The notes below the pieces were generated by a model. The model worked only from the letters and a program-made list of their open reading frames with translations. It did not search any database and was not told where the DNA came from. From assembly GCA_051532055.1 (NCBI GenBank), contig JAOPTX010000007.1, positions 96,001 to 160,000 of the forward strand: a stretch of DNA of 64,000 nt. The letters run 5' to 3'. Below are positions 40,347 through 48,363 of the stretch, piece by piece. Position 1 is the stretch's first letter. Every line of letters starts with the position of its first letter. The stretch is from Fibrobacterales bacterium. GTDB taxonomy: Bacteria; Fibrobacterota; Fibrobacteria; Fibrobacterales; JAOPTW01. The position numbers and the translations under genes are program-made.

Positions 40347-40769
40347 ATGCACACCATTATCACCGCTCAACCTCTTCATATGCCAGATATTGAAGTACTC
40401 CTCAACAATGGAAACCTTCCTATTCAAGACATTAACGACCCATCAATTACCTTTAAAATCGACAAAAACATCAACGGAGTCATTGGATATCAAAAATTTA
40501 CAAACAGCGCTCTCTTACGCTCACTTATGGTAAAAACAGAAGCCCAAAATAGAGGCATCGCCCAAAAACTTATCAATAGCGCCCTTAATGAGCTTAAATC
40601 TCTAAATATTGCATATGTGTACCTTTTAACCACAACAGCCCACACCTACTTTTCTCGTCATGGCTTTTATACAACATCACGTGAAGAGGCCCCTCTTGAA
40701 ATCACTACTACTGCTCAATTTCGTTCTATCTGCCCAGATTCCGCACATTTCATGTCAAAGCCCCTTTAA
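40347..40769 (+). CDS. ArsN2-like GNAT N-acetyltransferase
   Basis: LLRSL.V....RG.A, YLLTTTA..YF.R.GF and QF..ICP.SA.FM motifs; ATG 40347 preferred over 40275. Confidence 0.78.
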   Translation: MHTIITAQPLHMPDIEVLLNNGNLPIQDINDPSITFKIDKNINGVIGYQKFTNSALLRSLMVKTEAQNRGIAQKLINSALNELKSLNIAYVYLLTTTAHTYFSRHGFYTTSREEAPLEITTTAQFRSICPDSAHFMSKPL

Positions 40770-40917
40770 CACCCGCCCTATCTACCTCGCCTTATTAAAT
40801 GTCGACAAAAGTAGCCTATTCTATATTATCATAGTATAATAGCTAAAGAATACCAGCCGCCTCACAATCCCTTTAAATATATGCTATCTTTGCGTCACCT
40901 TAAAAAAAAGAGAAATA

Positions 40918-42699
40918 ATGAACACATTTGCAGAAAGCGAACTGCGCAGCGAGATCCTCGAAGGAATAGCGGAACTCGGATTTGAAAAGCCAACACCGAT
41001 TCAAGCAGAATCGATCCCCCACGTCCTCCATTCAGACCAGGACCTCATAGCATTTGCACAGACCGGTACTGGTAAAACTGCTGCATTTGGACTCCCTTCA
41101 GTACAGCTTACTGATGTGAAAGACAAACAGACACAGACTATCATTCTCTGCCCCACTCGGGAGCTCTGTAATCAGATCACAAAAGATTTAAAAAACTTCT
41201 GTAAATATATTCGCGGCCTCAATGTGGTTGCAGTATACGGCGGAGCGAGTATTGAAACACAAATTAAAGAGATTAAACGAGGTGCACAAATTGTAGTGGG
41301 CACCCCAGGAAGAACAAACGACCTATTGCGTCGTAAGGTTCTCAAGCTCGGAAGTATCAAAAGACTCATTTTAGATGAAGCTGATGAAATGCTTAACATG
41401 GGCTTTAAAGAAGAACTCGATTCTATCCTCGAGACCATTCCTGATACTCGTCAAACACTCCTCTTCTCTGCAACTATGCCGAAGGGAATTGTTTCAATCA
41501 CAAAAAAATACATGGACAACCCATTAGAGATCTCAGTTGCAGCAAAAAATACTGGTGCGACAAATGTAACGCATCACTACTACATGGTACAAGCGAAAGA
41601 TCGCTATGAAGTACTCAAACGTATTGCAGATAAAAACCCAAATATTTATGGCATAGTTTTTTGTCGTACGCGTCGGGAAACTCAAGAAGTAGCAAGCAAA
41701 CTTATTGGTGACGGCTACAATGCTGATGCACTCCATGGCGACCTCTCACAGGGCATGCGTGATGAGGCAATGGATAAATTCAGAAAAGGTCACCTCCAAC
41801 TTCTTGTCGCTACCGATGTAGCAGCACGTGGTTTGGATGTAAATAGTTTGACTCACGTCATTAACTACAACTTACCTGATGATGCAGAAATCTATACACA
41901 CCGTAGTGGTAGAACTGGACGCGCCGGTAACCATGGTACTTCAATTGTTATTATTCATAGCCGTGAAAAAAGACGTATCCAAGAAATTGAGAAAATGTCA
42001 AAAATTACATTCTCGAAAGAACTCGTTCCTACTGGACAAGAAGTATGTCAAGCACAACTCTATTCACTTATTGATACCGTAAAAAAAGTTGAAGTAAGCA
42101 CCAAACAGATAGAACCATTTCTTGATACCATTTATAATAAACTTGAAAGCCTCAGTCGTGAAGAACTTATTCAACACTTTGTTTCAGCTGAATTCAACCG
42201 CTTTTTAAAATACTATAAAAACGCGCGCGATATCAATGTTGAAGAAAGCTCTCGTAGAGACAAGAACCCACGAGACAAAAAATCAAAAGAAGAAAAGCGC
42301 AGCAACACTGACTTCGCAGCCATTAAAATCAATGTTGGCCGAGAAGAAAAAATCAACCCCGCACAGTTAATGGGCCTCGTAAATGAAGCACTAAACAGTG
42401 GACAAGTTGAAATCGGGCGTATTGCCATTCAAGATAATGCAACACTCTTTGAAGTAGATAAAAAACATCACAGTGAACTTATGAACGTTCTTGGTGAATT
42501 CTATTTCAACGATGAACCTCTCCAAGTACAAGAAATCAGCGAAATGCCTGAAGGGCGTCCTCGTGGTCGTTCTGGTGGTGGCGGTTTCAAAAGTGGCGGA
42601 TCTCGTAGTGGTGGTGGCGGAAGACGTGATGGCGGCCGGAGTGGTGGCGGTGACCGAAGCAGATCTAAAGGCCCTCGTGGCGATAAGAGAAGAAATTAG
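40918..42699 (+). CDS. deaD: DEAD-box RNA helicase (DeaD/CsdA type) with DbpA-like RBD and RG-rich tail
   Basis: PTPIQ, AQTGTGKT, PTREL, DEAD, SAT and HRSGRTGRAG motifs. Confidence 0.9.
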   Translation: MNTFAESELRSEILEGIAELGFEKPTPIQAESIPHVLHSDQDLIAFAQTGTGKTAAFGLPSVQLTDVKDKQTQTIILCPTRELCNQITKDLKNFCKYIRGLNVVAVYGGASIETQIKEIKRGAQIVVGTPGRTNDLLRRKVLKLGSIKRLILDEADEMLNMGFKEELDSILETIPDTRQTLLFSATMPKGIVSITKKYMDNPLEISVAAKNTGATNVTHHYYMVQAKDRYEVLKRIADKNPNIYGIVFCRTRRETQEVASKLIGDGYNADALHGDLSQGMRDEAMDKFRKGHLQLLVATDVAARGLDVNSLTHVINYNLPDDAEIYTHRSGRTGRAGNHGTSIVIIHSREKRRIQEIEKMSKITFSKELVPTGQEVCQAQLYSLIDTVKKVEVSTKQIEPFLDTIYNKLESLSREELIQHFVSAEFNRFLKYYKNARDINVEESSRRDKNPRDKKSKEEKRSNTDFAAIKINVGREEKINPAQLMGLVNEALNSGQVEIGRIAIQDNATLFEVDKKHHSELMNVLGEFYFNDEPLQVQEISEMPEGRPRGRSGGGGFKSGGSRSGGGGRRDGGRSGGGDRSRSKGPRGDKRRN

Positions 42700-42725
42700 A
42701 CTCTCTGTATAGATTTAAAATATCA

Positions 42726-42759
42726 AAAAAATGCCTCGGACTACTCCGAGGCATTTTTT
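42726..42759. terminator. Bidirectional terminator overlapping the 3' end of the S8 protease gene
   Basis: AAAAAATGCCTCGGA-CTAC-TCCGAGGCATTTTTT; the protease TAG stop lies in the loop. Confidence 0.8.
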
Positions 42760-44417
42760 ATTTCTGCCTTAAGCCTCCAACCCTTCCCCTGAACCTCTCC
42801 ATTGGTAACAAACCACAGTAAGGTGTAGTTACTCCAAGAGTTCAACTCTGGAGGAGTCTTAGGTCCACTAAACCGAGCAATCAAATCTCCATTGGTTTTT
42901 TCTCCATTAAAAAAATAGAGCCCATCTGTTTTCGATTCGGTATCAAATTCTAAGAAGGTAAATTTAAATATTTTCCCTGGGGGAGCAATAAATTGCCATC
43001 TACAATCACTCTGCGCATTATAGGAATGCTCATTACTCCCATCTGTAATAATGGTATCAGTCATAATAGTCACAGTATTGCTACAATACAAAGCGCTCGA
43101 ATCAATAGTAGTCGTTGAATATTGAAGCGTAAAGTAATCACTCTTACTTGTTGTCGAAAGGTATCTAATATCAAATTGGTTCCCATGTATCACTAATGGC
43201 TTATCCCATTCATACAACGAAACAGAAAGCTCTTCAATTGGCTTTTTATTCTGATAACTATTAATAGTGAAGCGTATATCAGGTGATCCACTCTCTACCA
43301 TTTGTGGGTAGAGGACAATCCCCGGTACAACCCCCGGAATATCAATAGACCACTCAATCTCGGGCTGATACCCAGGGTTTTTGTGTAACACTCCTTTGCT
43401 ACTTACAAGAGAATATTTTTTATGAGGCTTAGCAACCATTATACCACACTCAACTGCATCTACAGGACTCACCACACCGGTGCCCAACTTCCCAATCAGA
43501 CTTTTATTTTGACTGTCCACACTTTGTGCACTATTTATTAAACAATTATGCTGCTCCATTCTCGTAAAAGTTGGGTGTTTCAATTTAATAAGTGCAGCCA
43601 CGGCAGCAATATATGCAGCAGCCATAGATGTTCCAGAGCGAGAGAGTACCGACGTTGTATCACTACTCCCCGCAGAAAAAATAGAATCGCCTGGTGCCGC
43701 AATATCAACATACGCACCATATGATGCATCCTTTAACTTCTTCCTTTTTTCATCTACAGCAGTCACTGCAACAACACCAGGATAGACTGCAGGATAATAT
43801 TGTTGCTCATCTGAAAAATTTGCTACTGACGCAACGAGGGTTACACCTTGCTGCTGCGCATAAAGCAGTACCTCTTTCTCTGCTTGAGTAGCTTTTGCAA
43901 CACTCCAAGCACAAAGGATAATATCAGCACCTGTTTTTACCGCATATTTTATTCCCTTGAAGCCATGCTTAATGTGAGTCTTGTCTGCATTATCCGAAAG
44001 TGCTTTCACAGGAAGAATTTTGACAACACTTTTACTGGTTTTCAACAATGCTTTATCCAAAACTTGACCTATTACACCAGCTACATGAGTCCCATGGTAC
44101 AACTGCGCTCTCTTTTGCGATGAAGGCTTTACATTATCATCCCAATCAGAAACATCCCAGCCCCAAAGGTCATCTACCGCCCCATTGCCATCATCATCTT
44201 TTCTATTGAATGGAACTTCATTCGTATTTTTCCAGATATACTCTTTTAACAAAGTATGGTTTACATTAAAGCCGTCATCTACAATTGCAATGACAATAGT
44301 ATCACTTTGTGTAACAGGAATATTGAGAGTTGGTATCTGAGCCAACCAATAAGGAATTACTTCAGCAGCCCCAATGTTGGCGCTCCAAAATAGGAATATA
44401 AAGGAAAAATATTTCAT
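42741..44417 (-). CDS. Secreted subtilisin-like (S8) protease with C-terminal CUB domain
   Basis: IVDDG / HGTHVAG / SGTSMA triad; CUB pattern Y...SDC.W...P.....F.F.EFDTE..D......G.GW. Confidence 0.88.
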   Translation of the reverse strand: MKYFSFIFLFWSANIGAAEVIPYWLAQIPTLNIPVTQSDTIVIAIVDDGFNVNHTLLKEYIWKNTNEVPFNRKDDDGNGAVDDLWGWDVSDWDDNVKPSSQKRAQLYHGTHVAGVIGQVLDKALLKTSKSVVKILPVKALSDNADKTHIKHGFKGIKYAVKTGADIILCAWSVAKATQAEKEVLLYAQQQGVTLVASVANFSDEQQYYPAVYPGVVAVTAVDEKRKKLKDASYGAYVDIAAPGDSIFSAGSSDTTSVLSRSGTSMAAAYIAAVAALIKLKHPTFTRMEQHNCLINSAQSVDSQNKSLIGKLGTGVVSPVDAVECGIMVAKPHKKYSLVSSKGVLHKNPGYQPEIEWSIDIPGVVPGIVLYPQMVESGSPDIRFTINSYQNKKPIEELSVSLYEWDKPLVIHGNQFDIRYLSTTSKSDYFTLQYSTTTIDSSALYCSNTVTIMTDTIITDGSNEHSYNAQSDCRWQFIAPPGKIFKFTFLEFDTESKTDGLYFFNGEKTNGDLIARFSGPKTPPELNSWSNYTLLWFVTNGEVQGKGWRLKAEIKNASE

Positions 44418-44429
44418 ATGACTAAATTA

Positions 44430-44461
44430 AAAAAGATCCTGTATTTCTACAGGATCTTTTC
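44430..44461. terminator. Terminator-like hairpin between the fibre gene and the protease gene
   Basis: AAAAAGATCCTGTA-TTTC-TACAGGATCTTTTT. Confidence 0.7.
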
Positions 44462-44480
44462 AGGTTTACATTGAATTCTA

Positions 44481-45854
44481 CTATTGAGTAATCAAATTAA
44501 TATTTTCACTACCACCTTTAGCACCTAACTGCCTTCGTGTCAAGCCAGGACCACTACCAGGGTGCACCGCTACACGACCTCTAAGATCAGGAAGTGCAAA
44601 TACCGTTCTACCATCACCACCGTAGGTAGTTCCAAGAAGGGAAAATACGGCGCTATATTGAGAAATTGCCATCAATTGGCCATCACACAATGCCCAACCA
44701 CGTGGTGCAAAGTTCCCTGCAAACATTATTATTTCTGCAAGAAATGGGTCAGAGCTATTTCGAGATGGAAATGTTCCTTGTAACGCAATTATATAGTTTA
44801 CCCCAAGCCATGGTTGCATATTGTCATATGTCGATTGATAGTTTGTAGGTTTTTTAGCAATCCAGTTATCACTCTCCCAGGTAAGAACCTCACCATCTTC
44901 ACTCCCATCAACAACTGTTGTGCCACCTGTACCTGCAGGACCAATATCTCCCTGTGGACCTTGAGGTCCAGCGATTCCGCGCTCGCCTTGGTCACCTTTT
45001 GCACCAGGAAGACCATCAACACCAGCAACGCCACGGTCACCTTTTGCACCAGGAAGGCCATCTACACCACCAACACCACGGTCACCTTTTGCACCAGGAA
45101 GGCCATCAACACCAGCAACTCCACGGTCGCCTTTTGCACCAGGAAGGCCATCAACACCAGCAACTCCACGGTCACCCTTTACACCAGGAAGACCATCAAC
45201 ACCGTCAATTCCAGGGTTACCCTGATCACCTTTGTCACCAGCAGCTCCTGATTGTCCAACAGAGAAAGGCTTAAACACATCATCATCATAAATATATGAT
45301 ATAGCATCAATTGTATGATAAAATGCTTCACCACTATTTGCTATGGCAGGAAAGGCATTAAGATCACCAAGCCAATGAACCACTGATCCTTCCTCTTTAA
45401 AAACTTTCATCTCAAAAAGTGACGAACCCCATTGAGTTGCACGAGTGACACAAACAATACGAATATACTGAGCCAAACCAAACTGCTGTACTATTTCATC
45501 AGTACCCCCATTTGAGTTTGTTGTAGAATAAACCGCACTTCCCCAATTGCTCCCATCGTTCGAAAGATAAATTTCATAGCCTTGGGCAAAGGCAGATTCC
45601 CAATTTAGCTCAATCTTATCAATAGCATACGATTGCTGGAGGTCAACAGTTAACCACTCCCCATCAAGGAATTGTGAAGACCATCGTGTATTGTCAATCC
45701 CATCAAATGCCTTGCTTGCTGATAGGGCCCCTGATTCAATACTTGAAGCTGTTGCCGGCTTATTCAATGAAACAAGTGTATAGTTTTGTGCAAATGAAAG
45801 CGAAGCAGCAATAACCACCCCAACTCCCATACGTTTTATATGTGTAAATAACAT
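44481..45854 (-). CDS. Secreted F5/8 type C (CBM32) + collagen-like + phage tail-collar-domain protein
   Basis: Signal peptide; A.ASS.E...AFDG..TRWSS...EWL.VDL; Gly-X-Y repeats; FAGNFAPRGWALCDGQ...LGTTYGGDG...FALPDLRGR; GGAGG RBS. Confidence 0.85.
   Translation of the reverse strand: MLFTHIKRMGVGVVIAASLSFAQNYTLVSLNKPATASSIESGALSASKAFDGIDNTRWSSQFLDGEWLTVDLQQSYAIDKIELNWESAFAQGYEIYLSNDGSNWGSAVYSTTNSNGGTDEIVQQFGLAQYIRIVCVTRATQWGSSLFEMKVFKEEGSVVHWLGDLNAFPAIANSGEAFYHTIDAISYIYDDDVFKPFSVGQSGAAGDKGDQGNPGIDGVDGLPGVKGDRGVAGVDGLPGAKGDRGVAGVDGLPGAKGDRGVGGVDGLPGAKGDRGVAGVDGLPGAKGDQGERGIAGPQGPQGDIGPAGTGGTTVVDGSEDGEVLTWESDNWIAKKPTNYQSTYDNMQPWLGVNYIIALQGTFPSRNSSDPFLAEIIMFAGNFAPRGWALCDGQLMAISQYSAVFSLLGTTYGGDGRTVFALPDLRGRVAVHPGSGPGLTRRQLGAKGGSENINLITQ
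44990..45214 (-). repeat. About five tandem 45-bp repeats encoding the collagen unit GVDGLPGAKGDRGVA
   Basis: Near-identical units start at 44990, 45035, 45080, 45125 and 45170. Confidence 0.9.
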
Positions 45855-46198
45855 TGTATCCTCCCAATGAACTCATGAGCATCTCTCAAGATTCTCTATT
45901 AAGCTGTTACTGTGATTCACAAAGATAACCCTGTTAAAAATTCACATTTGTAAACTATATGTTAACAAACGCTACCAAGAAGTATTCAATTATAACGTTA
46001 TATGAAATCTAACGAAGACCTATACTATTTCACTCTTAATTACCCAAAAAGAGCGATGAGCACCCCACCTCGAATCAATTCAACTAACCATTTCAAGTTT
46101 GGTATTTCTGAACGTTTTAACCTCTCTTTAGTATAACTATTAGAAAACCGCCTTGGATCACTCCGAGGCAGTTTTTAATGATTATACAATGAAGCATG

Positions 46199-47170
46199 TT
46201 ATTGCCCTATACGAATACCAATCTCAAAGCCCGGCCAATGGTGTACATCATCATGATCTTGCGTATATTCATCTGTCCAAGGTGCCGTAAGGGCTCCATT
46301 ACCATGAGTCCACAATCCATTATAAGTAACCCCTCCAAACAATCCGACTTTATTTAAAAGTTGCATACCGATACGAGCTTTAATTTGCCCGAGAGAGTTA
46401 TGACGCCAGTCATTTCTATCCCAGTCATCATCTTTTCGAGTTAATACGGTATGCTTATCCATGATCAAGCTCCCATGCATTTCAACTTCCGTATATACGC
46501 GCCCCATTTCCTTATGATATCCAACACCCATTCCCAATGAGTAGGGGTTCGTTTCACTATCAAAGGTATAGCCAATACTATAAGATGTGAATAGTGTTTT
46601 GCCCGATGCAAATGTCAAGCGATTCATCCCCGATTCGTCAGCGCTATAATCAACATGAAATAGCCCATTATCTGCAATAGTTAACAATGCAAATGAATAA
46701 CCATCAATATGATCAGCTATATTAAGCATACCAATCTGTCCACCCACAATAGTATCTACTACATTTACATTACCAATTTGTATCCCTTCAACATATTGTG
46801 CACTATTAATTGTTCCAAAAATCTGCCCGCCTTCAACTCGTTTAGCATAATTTGCAAAAGCAAAGAGCTGGTATCCTCTAATAGTCCCTCCAACATGGTT
46901 ATACCCCGACGTCAGTTGGAAATCCTCTAAATCGCCTAACGCAATATTTGAAACAAGTGACACCTGTGAACCTGATACATTTTCTGTAGCAACATTACTC
47001 AAAGCAGAAATTTGGGTAGACTGGTTCTTACACTCACTATAAGTATAATACCACGTTTTATCGACGCGCTTTTCGCCACAGGGTGATACTGATTCGGTAT
47101 TTGTTGCAGTTCCAGCTACAGCACATACAGCTGTAATAAGGAGTGTAGTGACTATTGGTAGTATTTTCAT
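46199..47170 (-). CDS. LA_2272-like G-x-Q surface repeat protein with C-terminal beta-barrel-like region
   Basis: Signal peptide; repeated G.Q....N units; C-terminal WPGFEIGIRI. Confidence 0.65.
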   Translation of the reverse strand: MKILPIVTTLLITAVCAVAGTATNTESVSPCGEKRVDKTWYYTYSECKNQSTQISALSNVATENVSGSQVSLVSNIALGDLEDFQLTSGYNHVGGTIRGYQLFAFANYAKRVEGGQIFGTINSAQYVEGIQIGNVNVVDTIVGGQIGMLNIADHIDGYSFALLTIADNGLFHVDYSADESGMNRLTFASGKTLFTSYSIGYTFDSETNPYSLGMGVGYHKEMGRVYTEVEMHGSLIMDKHTVLTRKDDDWDRNDWRHNSLGQIKARIGMQLLNKVGLFGGVTYNGLWTHGNGALTAPWTDEYTQDHDDVHHWPGFEIGIRIGQ

Positions 47171-47391
47171 GATTATGTCCTTTTCTTTTTTCTACCCTTT
47201 AGACACTTGGGACTCACCATAGTGTCACTTTATTTAGTTAATATAAAATAGCTCTACAGAATTCATTCTACAAAGTTGAAAAAGCGCCTTCGAAGTTGTA
47301 ATTATCAAATCAAATTTGTGAGTTCACCCTCTAGATCATCTATATTTTCCCCAAACAACAAGGTACAGTCCCTTAAAATAAAGAGGAAATT

Positions 47392-47550
47392 ATGAACGTA
47401 GATCAACATCTTAAAGTAGCACAATGGCACGTAGAACAGGCACGTCTTCACGCATCAACTGAGCACAAATGTGGATGTCCTCTCAGCACTGAGCATGAAA
47501 ATGCAATTAAAGCTGTTGAAGAAGGACTTATTAAGGAAGAGTCTCACTAA
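47392..47550 (+). CDS. Unannotated 52-aa His/Cys-rich small protein
   Basis: MNVDQHLKVAQWHVEQARLHASTEHKCGCPLSTEHENAIKAVEEGLIKEESH. AGAGG RBS, TATATTT at 47341, and a terminator at 47578-47609. Confidence 0.75.
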   Translation: MNVDQHLKVAQWHVEQARLHASTEHKCGCPLSTEHENAIKAVEEGLIKEESH

Positions 47551-47577
47551 GAGCTTGCTTAATCTTTATGGCATATT

Positions 47578-47609
47578 AAAAGGCACGTGTTTTTCACGTG
47601 CCTTTTTTT
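47578..47609 (+). terminator. Rho-independent terminator
   Basis: AAAAGGCACGTG-TTTTT-CACGTGCCTTTTTTT. Confidence 0.8.
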
Positions 47610-47664
47610 GTTATTTTGGGTATACTCATTTGAGAACATTGAGAAACGATACTAAGGCATTCCT

Positions 47665-48225
47665 ATGGATTACCATACTAAATCTGGCATAACAGAATAT
47701 ATTGCACTCGCTAAAGGGTATGATGGAACGGAGATTATTGAAGCCCTCTGCCACCATATTCCAGAAACTGCTCAAGTGTTAGAGCTCGGAATGGGTCCAG
47801 GGGTCGATTTTAAAATTCTATCACAATACAATCCTACCACAGGGTCAGATAATTCAAAAGCATTTATAGAGCGATATCAACAAATAGATCCCTATGCAGA
47901 TCTTATAGTTCTCGATGCAGTCGCTATGAATACATCACGTATTTTTGATGCGCTCTACTCCAATAAAGTACTGCATCATTTAAAACAACATGAGCTCATG
48001 AAATCTTTTGACAATCAATCAAAAGTCCTCAATAGTGGCGGAGTAATTTGTCACAGTTTTTGGAAAGGCTCCCATGATGAGCACATGCACGGGCTTTATT
48101 TTAATTATCATACCCCCGAAGAAATAGAAGAACTCCTCTCCAATAAGTACCGTATTCTTGAAGTAACGGCATTTAGTGAAATGGATGACAATGACTCATT
48201 CTTTATCATAGCACAAAAAAAATAG
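47665..48225 (+). CDS. Class I SAM-dependent methyltransferase
   Basis: VLELGMGPG.D, GSD.S..F and FDALYSNKVLHHL motifs. Confidence 0.82.
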   Translation: MDYHTKSGITEYIALAKGYDGTEIIEALCHHIPETAQVLELGMGPGVDFKILSQYNPTTGSDNSKAFIERYQQIDPYADLIVLDAVAMNTSRIFDALYSNKVLHHLKQHELMKSFDNQSKVLNSGGVICHSFWKGSHDEHMHGLYFNYHTPEEIEELLSNKYRILEVTAFSEMDDNDSFFIIAQKK

Positions 48226-48363
48226 ACACACATCACGGCATCACTTTAGTACTGTAGACACTATCTTTTAACCGATAAAACACTATCCCATTTATTTTGC
48301 TGTTTCATTTTACGAGTTTTGATATTTCCTATTGAAGTAACCGCTTAATACTATATTTCCCCC

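Noticed and set aside
44481..44830. Prophage or contractile injection system suggested by the tail-collar domain
   Set aside because: No capsid, sheath, baseplate, integrase or lysis genes nearby, and the protein has a Sec signal peptide.
44990..45214. Possible CRISPR array
   Set aside because: The repeats are contiguous in-frame 45-mers without unique spacers, and no cas genes are present.
44918..45274. His/Gln-rich repeat ORF (HGHLLHQEGHQHQQ) on +
   Set aside because: It is the antisense reading of the collagen Gly-X-Y repeats and has no RBS or independent support.
47471..47692. 73-aa ORF from the track
   Set aside because: It overlaps the better-supported 52-aa ORF in another frame and runs through its terminator.
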